Assembly: GCA_951406725.2 (NCBI GenBank)
Contig: OX597814.1
Span: forward strand, 208,630,001 to 208,694,000
Source: Octopus vulgaris
Taxonomy: Eukaryota
Reading direction: 5' to 3'
Length of the DNA stretch: 64,000 nt
Shown here: positions 27,394-39,625 of the stretch, piece by piece
How the letters are laid out: the number at the start of each line of letters is the position of its first letter
How positions within the stretch are numbered: position 1 is the stretch's first letter
Notes under the pieces: model-generated
What the model was told of the DNA's origin: nothing
The model's database searches: none
What the model saw: the letters and a program-made list of their open reading frames with translations, nothing else
Made by a program: the position numbers and the translations under genes

Positions 27394-28365
27394 CTGCAGA
27401 AAAAAGGGATAGAGATGTTAAAAAGACAAAAAAAAAAAAATAAATAATAAACATAATGAATCAGTCATAAACTGTAACTGACTGCGTTATTGGTGCACAA
27501 CTGAATGCTTCATTTTCCATCTCATGATTCCTGGTTAATTTGGACAATTATACATTGTCATTTTTATTGTAAGATGCTGCCTTACTACTAAAGATCCTCC
27601 CCAGTTGCCAACATACTCCCCTATCCTCTCTTCCTACCATCCCTCATCCTTCTACCTAGGTTTATCTTCCCACTCTCTCTCTCTTCTGTTTTTTCTTAGT
27701 TATAGGAGCCACTTTAGGACCTTAACCTTGTAAGTCACAGGGTAATCGTCACTAGCGCTGGTGCCCCCACCACACAAAAAAAAAGCATCTAGAATGCTCT
27801 GAAGAAATAGTTGGCATTAGGAAAAAAGTATCTAACCATAGAAGCCATACCAAAGCAGATATGGGTGCATGACAGTCCACTAACCTGGCCAACCATTCGA
27901 CTCCTGCCAACAGGTAAGGTGGACATTAAATGATGATGATGACTCAACAGGGAAATATGAATGGAACTTGTGATTAGCTAAGCAGGTGGTGACAATGCTA
28001 CTGTAGTGGACTGATCTCGTGTTAGTTCTGACAAACAAGGGTTCAATCCCAGGAAGCACCAACCTATTGCATTATAAGTGGCTGAGTGTCCCACAGACAC
28101 CTGCACCATTAATACAATCTTCCAGTAAAAACTCAGCAGGACACTCTGTGTCAAAAGGCTGGCCTTTCAAATTACAAATACGGGCCATATGACAAGCTTC
28201 CATGCAGTTTCCATCCACCCGATTTCACTCACAAGACCTAAATCATCCTATAGCTAAGCTACAAAACACTTACCCAATGCATTTTGCAGTGAAATTGAAC
28301 CCAAAACTTAGTGGTTGAGAAGCCAACATCATAACCACTCAGCCAAGTGCTCATAAGGTTCTGTA

Positions 28366-28515
28366 TCATCATCATCGTTTAACGTCCGTTTTCCATGCTG
28401 GCATGGGTTGGACGGTTCAACTGGGGTCTGGGAAGCCAGAAGGCTGCACCAGGCCCAGTCTGATCTGGCAGTGTTTCTACAGCTGGATGCACTTCCTAAC
28501 GCCAACCACTCCGTC
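28366..28515 (-). mobile_element. Family C (RTE-type) 3' fragment
   Basis: catcatcatcgtttaacgtccg...cctaacgccaaccactcc. Confidence 0.75.
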
Positions 28516-28768
28516 TGTATGTAGTAAGGTTTATTTTAATCACACAGCTAATGTTCCCTAAACAATAATTAAAATTTGAAATTAAATGCAATATCAATAA
28601 AAAGAAAATTTTAAATATTGTAAAAAAATATAAAGAGTCAGCTTAGATGCTGGATTGACTATTGCTGAGCATCACAGGAACTGAATGAATATCTCAAGCC
28701 TTATGAGTCACAATCGACTTGAATGTTGTGTTCTCTCAATCAATCTAAAAAATATAGGAGTCTAAATA

Positions 28769-29165
28769 TCTTTATATATAAAAGTAAGGTTGTGTGCTGT
28801 CTGTCTCCTACGATTTAGATTCCTAACTACTCCCACATTTTGCGGTGCAGTTTAACCAAAACCGGGAATCTTATAGTCGTGATTCATATCGAGCCCTTCT
28901 GGGTATTAGCGTGCGTCTACAATGAGTCTACGATTTTAAAAAGAATTTACCATCAATTTTTCCCATTTTTAATGCATTTTTGGCATATATAAGGGAAGTA
29001 ACTCTCTAAAAATTTATTATTAAATCTCAGAACGTAAAAAGCTACAGTAACAATACCCCCTTTGTGGTTAGCCATATTGAGATGGCTATTATCCTTTACA
29101 TCTCTAAAAATGCTTATATAGTTATTTCCCTTACAAACCTGAGCAACGCCGGGCGATACTGCTAG
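28769..29165 (+). mobile_element. Non-autonomous Helitron
   Basis: A|TCtttatatataaaag ... gcaacgccgggcgatactgCTAG|T, inserted in an AT dinucleotide. Confidence 0.85.
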
Positions 29166-29696
29166 TCAATAATAAAGCTGGTGCCATGTAAAAAGCTCTC
29201 AGTACATTCTGTAAAGTGGTTGGCATTAGAAAGGGCATCCAGCCATAGGAACCATGCCAAAGCTGACAGCAGAGCTTGGCATAGTTCTCTGGTTTGTCAG
29301 TTCCTGTCAAACCATCCAGCCTATGCCAGCATGGGAAAAAGACATATGATGATGATGATAATATCAGAACTGAAATGAGAGTCGGCACCTGAATTGGTGA
29401 CACAATAAATTGAGGAATTAAAACTGGAGTCAGTGATGAAAGCTTTGTATACGGACTCCACAGCCCTACCCAGAACCACAATGCTATGAAATAAGCTTAG
29501 CTATACAGCCATGCCTAACAAGTTGGGAATATATAGAACTTACCAACTCCATGGATGTTATGAAAAAGTAAAAAAAAAAAAAAAAAAAAAGCTAAATGGT
29601 AATTTAGCAAACCCATCACACTGAAGTAATCAAGTCATACAAATTAATAGTGATGTTGATGCTAATATGATTAAAAGTGTGTGTGAAAATCCATAC

Positions 29697-29844
29697 CTCA
29701 GCATTTGTGTAATAAGTGTTCCAAGCAGAACGTAAAGATTCTTGACCACCAATATCCCACATTAGAAAACGGATATTTTTCCATATCACTTCTTCCACAT
29801 TGCTCCCAATTGTTGGAGATGTGTGAACCACTTCATTCATCAGA
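29697..29844 (-). CDS. ARL5: ARL5 internal exon: (F)[49 protein letters not shown]
   Basis: 148 nt; acceptor ttttag| and donor |gtatgg; contains switch I PTIGSNVE and G3 WDIGGQ typical of ARL5; splices in frame to 27393. Confidence 0.95.
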
Positions 29845-29962
29845 CTAAAAGAAAGGAAAGAAAAAAAATTAATTAATTATATTTGTTGATGTTATTATTC
29901 ACGATATCAATCATAGAAAGTTTTCTGTTTAAACTTAAAGCAAAAACTACAGCTCCTCATAT

Positions 29963-30176
29963 ATATTTCTTTACTACCCACAAGGGGCTAAACAAGGACA
30001 GACAAAGGGATTAAGTCGATTACATCGACCCCAGTGCGTAACTGGTACTTAATTTATCGACCCCGAAAGGGTGAAAGGCAAAGTCGACCTCGGCGGAATT
30101 TGAACTCAGAACGTAACGGCAGACGAAATACGGCTACGAATTTCGCCCGGTGTGCTAACGTTTCTGCCAGCTCGCC
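29963..30176 (-). mobile_element. Family B SINE monomer
   Basis: Reverse complement of the 52361 family; cctcatata repeated on both sides. Confidence 0.85.
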
Positions 30177-30206
30177 TCATATAGTTGCCTTATACAGTTT
30201 GTATAA

Positions 30207-30771
30207 CCCTTTAGCATTTTAAATCAGCCCAAATATTCTACTAGTTATATGTTCAAACTGGCCAGATTCAGCCTCTCTGGCCAGATTTCACTCTTTAGAA
30301 TTTAATCCAGCCATATCCAGCCTGAATATTCTTCCTGTTTTGTATAAAAACTGACCATATCCAACCTTTCACACCTACCCTACAATGTCATTCTGAAAAT
30401 ATACAAACCCACAATTGAAATTTTGAAACTAGAAGATAATGTATAATTAATTCAAAACAATGTAAATAGAGAAATCCCAATTGGTAATATAATAAGAGTA
30501 AATAATTTCTTTGATGGTTTTTCAAAAAAACCAACAATTATTTACTGGTAGATTTCGGTATGTAAATATAACCATTAGCAGCAGGAACTTCTGTGAAGTT
30601 CAGTATATATTGTATATAAGTAGAAGGGGCAGGCAACAGGTTGCTTAGCCGCATACCGAAAGAAATTAGAAATAGCAGTCGGAGGCTGTTTATTTCTATT
30701 TTCTACAAGTGGGGCTCCATATACGACATAACCCTGCAATTAACATAAGCAAAACACTGAATGCTAAAGGG
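30207..30771. mobile_element. TTAA-type (piggyBac-like) MITE with extra internal sequence
   Basis: ccctttagcatt...aatgctaaaggg|ttaa; the first part matches 33364-33584. Confidence 0.65.
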
Positions 30772-31351
30772 TTAAAGGTCAGAAACAATGGAGAGAAATT
30801 CTAAATATTGAATAGGATAGCCAAGACAATCTATTGCAGTTCTTCTTTTTTTCTTCTTCTTTTTTTGAAATTTGAACACAGCTGTTTGATCCTTCAAAAC
30901 ACTCTTCGATTATGTAAAACTCTAAGGTTAGTAAAGTGACAAGAGCTGTAAAGTGTAGAGCAAAGTATCTCATAGTAATGTCATGTCCTGAACTCATGTC
31001 AAATCAAGATTAATTTGTCTTCTAATCTTCTGAAGGTTCATCAAACAAGAGCCAGGTGTGTAAAATAGTCAATACAATCGATTTCTATCAGCTGAAAGCA
31101 CAAAATAGTTGACTATAATTATACACTGCTCAAGCTGTTGCTTACAGCTGCAATCAGCTGTACCTCCCTCAATATAGCTTTTGAGCCTTGGCTGACTGAG
31201 TCAACAAGAATGCAGAACTGTCACTAGAGACAATGCAGCAACACAGGAACTGGGATAAAGAACTTCATTATGTAAGTTGATAGCTACCTCATTGACTCAT
31301 CCAGTTAGAACAAATACCAATAATTTCAGTTTTTAGTTTAAAGACAAAATA

Positions 31352-32835
31352 CAGGGTGACATAAAAGTTCTGTTACATTTTTTTTGAAGTTCTTAGTTTA
31401 ACATAAAAAAAAGTGGCAATTTTATCATTTTATATTGGTTTAAAGATTTTGTCTTCTTTCAGGTTCTGAAACTCATCTTTAAGATATAGTTTTGTCCAAA
31501 ATTAGAATGGAACAAGAATGATCTGCTGTAGTTGAGCTACATCAAGCAGGCAAGTTGCCATCAGAAATTTTGAATCTTCTAAATTGGCTGAAAATGAAGC
31601 GAATGTCCATCTATCAAACCATCAATCGATTTAGAAGATCAAGGTCATGCGAGAACAGGACATCCCAGGCCAGTCAGGACTTCCAGGCTCTAGAAAATCC
31701 TCAGTTCCAGAGTTCACAGAAATCCAAGGTGCTCCATGAGAAAGATGGCTGCTGAGCTGGGAGAGAATGTTTGAGGTGAGTTGTCAAAAGCGACTTGGTT
31801 CATTGAAATGCCGAAAAGTTCACGGCCTAACAACAGCTTCAAAGGGAAAGGGACTCGCAAGAAGTCGTGCTCTGCTTGAGAGGCTCAATACTCATGGCAT
31901 GGACAATGTGCTCTTCACAGACAAGAAGCTGTTCACAATTGAAGAAGCTCAAAAACAGCCAAAATGACAGGGTCCTTGCGGAAAACACTGAGTTATGTCT
32001 AGGGTTATATCTACCACACGCAAAAACCCTTATCTGCGATGGTTTGGGCTGGAGTATCTTCGACAGGGAAAACTCTACTTGTTTTTATTCCTGAATAAGT
32101 CAAAATCAAGGCTGCAAGCTATGATGAACTCATTCCTGAGCCTGTGGCGAAACATTTGAGCCAAGAATTGTTCAACAGTGGCCCCTTTCTTTTCCAGCAG
32201 GATGGAGTATCTGCCCACAATGTCAACAGGACTCAGTGGTGGCTTAGTGACAATGTCCCAGATTACTTGTCCAAGGAAGAACGGCCTCTCTCAAGCTCAG
32301 ACCTCAACCCAATGGACTTTAGCATTTGGTTCATCTTGGAGACTAATGCTTGTGCTAAATCTCATTGTTTAGTAATGGCTTTGAAGAGGTCTCTGTAGCA
32401 TGAATGGAATGAAATACCACTAGAAGTCTTGCAAGCCACTTGGTAAACTTAAGGCTGTAATAAAGAAATGAGGTGAATTTATTGTATAATTTTTTGGTGT
32501 AGCATTGCTGAAAATGTTAAAAACTAGTGTGCAAGTTTTCAAGTAAATTGGTTCAGATTTGGCTGAAATATATTATTTAACCATTTAGTGTTCAGATTAC
32601 TCTGTTAAATGTAATACTTATTCACTCAAATTGTTTTGAATTAATCATGCATTATCTTATAGCTTTGAGGCTTCAGTGATGTGATTGTTTATTTTTAGAA
32701 TGGCATTGTAGGTTAGGTGTGAGAGGCTAGATATCGCCACTTTGAATATAAAACATGTGGAATATATTGGGCCGGATAAGGCCAGTTTAAACACTAAAGG
32801 GTTAACCTTTGTAATGGTACTTTTGGGATACCCTA
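31352..32835 (+). mobile_element. DD37D (maT) family Tc1/mariner transposon, degenerate
   Basis: TA|cagggtgacataaaagt ... acttttgggatacccta|TA. Transposase remnants: NVLFTDKKLFTIEE, NSQNDRV, and FQQDGVSAH...SSDLNPMDFSIW with 37 residues between the second and third Asp. Confidence 0.85.
32581..32801. mobile_element. TTAA-type MITE nested in the maT element
   Basis: TTAA|ccatttagtgtt...aacactaaaggg|TTAA. Confidence 0.85.
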
Positions 32836-33363
32836 TATAGTAAGAGACCTAAAACGGAATGGCTTTTTTTTTTTTTTTTTAATGCTTTTAACTACAATGA
32901 CTCAGGAGCTATTTCTTTAAACCACGCAACTCTGTTGATTTGCCTAATTTTATTTTTCTTTATCTGATTTAGATGAACAGGTTTATTATTTCAGAAGTGC
33001 ATGTATAAATTACGTTTGGAAATAATGTAAACACTTCACTTCCATCAATGCTCTAAAAATTGATGATAAAAAGCAATGCTCTCTAAAAAGAATTAATTAT
33101 TATAGTGGCTGATTAATTAGGTCAAAAATACTTCATGCATGTGAGAGTTTGCATGTGATCCCCTTCTCTTCAGCTGATACCATCTTGTTAAATCAAACCA
33201 GTTATATTCAAGGTAGACTGAAAGTCACTAGGTTAGGTAAATATTAAATCAAACAGAGTGTTTGGCTTTCATTGCCCCTACCCTTCATTACAAAATTTTT
33301 CCACATTAAGAACCCACGTTTCTCTGTCACAAAGTATCATGTTCCAAATGCATGTATGTTTAA

Positions 33364-33584
33364 CTCTTTAGCATTTAAACCGGCCATATCCGACCAAAAG
33401 TATTCTGCCTGTTTTATGCTCAAACTGGCCAGATCTGGTCTCTCACATCAACCCTACAATATCGTTTTAAAAGTTAACAGTTACCTCATCAAAATCTCAT
33501 AGCTACAAGATAATGCATGATTAGTTCAAGGCAATGTGGATGAAAAAGCATTAATTGTGGCAGAATAATGCGAACACTAAAGGG
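33364..33584. mobile_element. TTAA-type MITE (filled site)
   Basis: TTAA on both sides; the paralogous empty site is at 38980-38983. Confidence 0.9.
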
Positions 33585-34072
33585 TTAAAACAGCCTGCTT
33601 TTTGTATAGAGAAAGAAACCCTCTGTTGACAATAGAAGCAACAACTCTCTGGACTTCTTCCAACTCTTTCATATTCTAGCAACTGCACTTTCACTACAAC
33701 CACCTTCTGTATTAAATTTATCACACAGTCACATCAGACATGTCTACACAGACACACACATCATATATAGGGGTGGACAAAAATAGGTATACAGTTACTT
33801 AATAGGAGTGAAATGGAGAAATGTTCTTTTCATTTCTCTTTCTTTTTTAGGATAAGAGTTCTATGATTCTATGTTCTTTTTAACTAAATTTCCCCATTTT
33901 GCATTTTATTATGGCTTCAGTTCACTCTAAATTCTAGAAGATACTAACTTACTGGCCATCCACATTCTCTTAAAAACATGATGGTCTGCCTACTATTCAC
34001 ACCTCTATAACATTAAGTATATTCTTTCTCATTTCCATCATTCCGTTGTCCCTCTCTTATTTCTTTCCTTTA

Positions 34073-34105
<33 letters not shown>

Positions 34106-34906
34106 GCACAAACTTTGTCCTCTCATTTCTTTCCTTTACTATCTCTCTCTCTCTCTCTCTCACACACACATACACACACAAACTTGCTCTATCTCTTGCT
34201 CAGCCACAGCAAAGGTATCCCATCTACAAATTCTGGTCACTCCAAAATCCTAATCTTCAGAAACATACAACAGTATATCTCTCATCTACACACTTCATAG
34301 TCATCATACACTGATATCCCTTTCTCATTGCTGATCATCATACCATAACATGGAGTACCATCTATTTTCAACATTGCTGAATCTCCTAGTTACTATCACT
34401 TTCAGTTGTAACATTTAAACAAACTTTGGCGTCTCAAATTTCTCTCCTTCCTCTGAAGCACCAACTTGGTATTCATTAGTTAGACATGCCGGTAATTTGC
34501 TCTCCTATGTCATTCACTAAACTTCGTTAAAAGCAATACCATCATGTCTGGCATACAACCTCCTAACTAAATTGCCTACCTGTAGGCTCCATCTGTCACA
34601 TCTGTTAGAACTGATGCTTCCAGTTTAACACAGTATTACCATACCATGTGCTGAATGGGTTCCCTCTAATCTGGCATGCCTCAAGTTTTAATCAGTCTTC
34701 TTTCTGGCTATCAATTCTAGCAACACACACACACATGTGATACCACTCTTCAGTCTACCTTAACTTTCTATACACAAGTGTTATTCATGTCCAACTTAAA
34801 CCCCGAGCATTCTATACAAATTCAAGAGATCATGGAACCTCCCTCCAATAGTGACAACAACTTAGTCACATTCAACATCACAGTGACACAGTACTACATA
34901 TATTAA

Positions 34907-35126
34907 CCCTTTAGCATTCAGATTATTCTGTCAAATATAATAGTTATTCATCCATATTGTTTTAAGCTAATCATGCAATTATTTCGTAGCTTTAAGATTT
35001 CGATGATGTTATCACCTGCTTTTAGATTGACATTATAGGTTGGTGTGAGATACCAAATCTGGGCAGTTTTAACAGAAAACAGGTAGATTATTTGGGCCAG
35101 ATATGGCCGGTTTAAACACTTAAGGG
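34907..35126. mobile_element. TTAA-type MITE
   Basis: TTAA|ccctttagc...cacttaaggg|TTAA. Confidence 0.85.
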
Positions 35127-35904
35127 TTAAAGACAAAATCTCGTACATCACACTTTTTAGCCATGAATAACATGTACTGAAATCCTCAAAGCCAACACAT
35201 GCTCACTGGTCTTTCATGATAACCTTGCAAATATAACATTACCAGAACGTAACCCTCTTCTAATGATACTAGACCATCCTCTGCTCCTTTGAATTATGTA
35301 GCTGCATAACCTATTAACAGATTCACAACCCTTCTCCGGATATTGCCTCACCGAGTTGCACCTCTTCAGCTCTGCACAGAACACTTAACCCAATTTTTCT
35401 TGGGTTAAGTGTTCTGTGTCCTCTAGGAATCCCACAAATACACACACAGGCCACATTATTCTAGCATTATTCTTAAAGATGTCAGAACTGAACGTTAACT
35501 AGACTGATCTTACCAATCTGAAGGAATTTTCAATGGCTTAAGTTCCAACTTCTAAAGAAAAATCAACTGAATCTCAACTCATATTCAATCCTGGTATTTA
35601 ACCAGGTGCATAGAAACATGGTAGAAAGGAACAAAAGTAAATACCATTAGGCATGTGATACACGTCGTTTTATCTCTTTATTAATAACGCCTTCATTAAT
35701 ATAATGCAATTCTATTCTACAATTCTCTGAAAGAAAAACACCCACAATCAAACAACAAATTTCTTTCTCACAAAATTTTTTATCAAAAAGCGAAAGTAGT
35801 TTCTTTGCATATTCTTTGGTAAGTGCATTTGCATCTGTCCTTCCACCCAAAGTCTCTCTCTATACACACACCTCTGTAAGTACATTCATGTTCTCTCTCA
35901 CTCA

Positions 35905-35943
<39 letters not shown>

Positions 35944-36312
35944 GTTCAGATCTATTTTTTCTTTATTTTTCACAAGCCCAAAAGCTCCAATAACCAAGTT
36001 AAACATTAAGCTTTATCAACCACATTAATTTTGTCTTCTTTCTTCCTTTTTTCCTTTCTTTATTATATTTATTAGAGTATATAAGAGTCAACTGTTCTTA
36101 TCAACATGACTCCAAAATGAAATCATAAAGGCTTATCCATCATTATCAGGTTTTATCATGGTTCTGTTCCTTCATCTTTCTGCCGCCACAGTCCACATTT
36201 CGGGAATGCACAAGTTTCTATATACACCCATACAAATGCCAATATCACTATATGCTTCTACAGAAACAGAATTTTAAAAAATAGTGGGAAATAATCACAA
36301 ATGTATTCTCCT

Positions 36313-36475
36313 AGGCGTAGGAGTGGCTGTGTGGTAAGTAGCTTGCTTACCAACCACATGGTTCCAGGTTCAGTCCCACTGCATGGCATCTTGAGCAAAT
36401 GTCTTCTGCTATAGCCCCGGGCCGACCAATGCCTTGTGAGTGGATTTGGTAGACGGAAACTGAAAGAAGCCTGTC

Positions 36476-36514
<39 letters not shown>

Positions 36515-37154
36515 TAAGAAAACACCATCCGAGCGTGGCCGTCTGCCAGCCTCGTCTGGCACCTGTGTCGGTGACACATAAGAAAACACCATCCGAGCGT
36601 GGCCGTCTGCCAGCCTCGTCTGGCACCTGTGTCAGTGGCACATAAAAAACACCATCCGAGCGTGGCCGTCTGCCAGCCTCGTCTGGCACCTGTGTCGGTG
36701 GCACATAAAATCACCCACTACACTCTCGGAGTGGTTGGCGTTAGGAAGGGCATCCAGCTGTAGAAACTGCCACATCTGACTGGCCTGGTGCAGCCTTCTG
36801 GCTTCCCAGACCCCAGTTGAACCGTCCAACCCATGCTAGCATGGAAAGCGGACGTTAAACGATGATGATGATGATGATGATTGGAAGGTTTGGAGATGAT
36901 GTACAGGTATTATATATTAGAAGAAATGAGGTAATCAGAAGATCGGATGGTTCATATTTATAGATGTTTATTTATATATTACCTTTTTTACATATATATA
37001 TCATATCATTCAGATCATATCATTCAGATTATTAGCGCTTTCTCCCATTCTAGTGGGGTTTTCAAATCAAATTAATTCCTTTGTGGGGAATTTGATCATT
37101 TTATAGAGTTTCGTAGTAGTGGGGAGGAACAAGACAGTATAGGTGGGTGAGGAG

Positions 37155-37208
<54 letters not shown>

Positions 37209-37430
37209 ATATGTTTGTGTGTCTGTGTTTGTTCCCCTAGCATTGCTTGACAACCGATGCTGGTGTGTTTACGTCCCCGTCACTTAGCGGTTCGGCAAAA
37301 GAGTTCCAATAGAATAAGTACTGGGCTTACAAAAGAATAAGTCCTGGGGGTCGATTTGCTCGACTAAAGGCGGTGCTCCAGCATGGCCGCAGTCAAATGA
37401 CTGAAACAAGTAAAAGAGTAAAAGAGAAAA
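36313..37430 (+). mobile_element. Family A SINE interrupted by nested insertions, including family C at about 36520-36880
   Basis: Head at 36313-36478 and tail at 37200-37430; the nested piece has three ~58-bp tandem units and a (GAT)n tail. Confidence 0.85.
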
Positions 37431-37725
37431 AAGAGTGTCAAAATGAGTTGGGAATACACAGAGAGGAAACAACCAAGGTTATGTTGCTTTGTGTACAACA
37501 GAGAATTGAGAATATAATTGTCATTTACACTAGCTCAAACAATAGAGCCATAGACACATACAAATATGTGTCCAGATTCACATGTCTACGTGCTTTGATG
37601 TCAAGGGAGCAGCAGAATGAGTTATGTTGTTTTCATAGTCGTTGCTGTATATGTAGCCCAAGGTCAGCACTGGTTAAACAAACTGATGATAATGTATCTT
37701 CTCTCAGCTGATACTCAGCTCAGTA

Positions 37726-38125
37726 TACTCTTTACTCTTTTTTACTTGTTTCAGTCATTTGACTGTGGCCATGCTGGAGCACCGCCTTTTTGTCGAGCAA
37801 ATCGACCCCCAGGACTTATTCTTTGTAAGCCTAGTACTTATTCTATCGGTCTCTTTTGCCGAACCGCGAAGTTATGGGGACGTAAACACACCAGCATCGG
37901 TTGTCAAGTGATGTTGGAGGGACAAACACAGACACACAAACACACACATATATATACATATATATGACGGGCTTCTTTCAGTTTCCGTCTACCAAGTCCA
38001 CTCACAAGGCTTTAGTCGGCCCGAGGCTATAGTAGAAGACACTTGCCCCCAAGGTGCCACGCAGTGGGACTGAACACGGAACCATGTGGTTCGTAAGCAA
38101 GCTACTTACCACACAGCCACTCCTA
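37726..38125 (-). mobile_element. Family A SINE
   Basis: Reverse complement of the family consensus seen at 25567. Confidence 0.9.
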
Positions 38126-38859
38126 CTCACATCTCATCATAATCATAATCTAGATCTCACCAACTGGGCCTAAACTTTTAAATTATGGTAAATAAGACAC
38201 AGATATGTTGAATTCCAGAATTTTGAAAAAAAAAATTGTTTCCATTTCTAATTTCCATGATTTTAATCATGTGTTTTAAGTTACAATACTATCAACTACC
38301 TTTTCAATACCAACCCACCTGAGACTGCTCCTGCTTCTATGATACAAATTTCCAGTTAAAAACCTTCCATCAGAATTTCAGGTTAATTTATATTCCAAAC
38401 ACACCTTTTACATTTTTTCCTTCATTTTCTCCCCAAAATTAATGGAAATGAAAAGCAGTGAATTTCGACAGAAATATCGTAACAAAAAGACTGAAATAGA
38501 AATTTTCACTCCTTTTTTAATATTTCGCATTCATTAATAATTTAATATAAATACTGACCTCCAGTCTATTTGAAAATAATGAATATGAATGGGTTAAAAT
38601 GAAGAAAGAAAAAGAACTTGATTTCTACCGAGCAGAAAGTGCCATAACAATCGATTTAATCTTTTCAAGAGAACCTGAATAATGTCTTAATCTCATTTGA
38701 TGATAAGGATGACATCTAAAAACAAAGAGAATGGGGGGGGGGGATTACATAGTCTTTTTTTCTTTTTCTTTCTTTTTGTAATGCTGCGTATCTCTGCAAA
38801 TCTTATTAACGCTCAGTAACCTCAGTAGCTCATTGTTCACTCTTCTAGGTGTGGTGATA

Positions 38860-39075
38860 TCACCTCTCCGACAAATCAGACATCACTCATTCATTTCTCT
38901 CAAATGTCTGAAAATTTTTTCCACATTAAAAACCCATGTTTCTCCGTCACAAAGTATCATGTTCCAAATGCATGTATGTTTAAAACAGCCTGCTTTTTTG
39001 TATAGAGAAAGAAACCCTCTGTTGACAATAGAAGCAACAACTCTCTGGACTTCTTCCAACTCTTTCATATTCTAG
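38860..39075 (-). pseudogene. Degenerate RTE-like LINE fragment
   Basis: ...CIWNMILCDGETWVFNVEKIFRHL resembles the RTE C-terminal C(V)R..MLHGSETW...RRLERNE motif. Confidence 0.45.
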
Positions 39076-39165
39076 CAACTGTATTTTCACTACAACCACC
39101 TTCTGTATTAAATTTATCACACAGTCACATCAGACATGTCTACACAGACACACATATTGTATATA

Positions 39166-39625
39166 TAGGGGTGGACAAAAATAGGTATACAGTTATTTAA
39201 TAAGAGTGAAAAGGAGAAATGTTCTTTTCCTTTCTTTCTTTTTTAGGATAAGAATTCTATGATTTAAAGTATAATAGCCATCTCCAGCTGGCTTTAGACA
39301 CAATTTCTGTGCCCTTAGGCCTCCCTTTGCAAATACTTAAGGGCACAGAAATTGTGTCTAAAGCCAGCTGGAGACGATGATCTCCTGGGGCTAAAAGGCT
39401 ACAGTAACACCCCCCTTTGTGGTTAGCCATATTGAGATGGCTATTATACTTTACATTGTCAAGCGATTACTGTTTACATCTCATTCTGAGATTTTATGAT
39501 TCTATGTTCTTTTTAACTAATTTTTCCTATAATAAAATTTGCATAGGTTTAAAAAAGAAATAGAGAAATGAACAGAACATTCCACACATATTAAACAACT
39601 GTATACCTATTTTTGTCCACCTTTG
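39166..39625. mobile_element. Tc1/mariner-type non-autonomous element
   Basis: TIRs ggtggacaaaaataggtatacagtt and aactgtatacctatttttgtccacc, in TA context. Confidence 0.75.

Noticed and set aside
35647-35850. Minus ORF with AKKLLSLFDKKFCEKEICCLIVG, superficially like an Arf/ARL N-terminus upstream of the ARL5 exons
   Set aside because: No GLDNAGKTT P-loop and no compatible phase-2 donor ending in YQF; likely coincidence.
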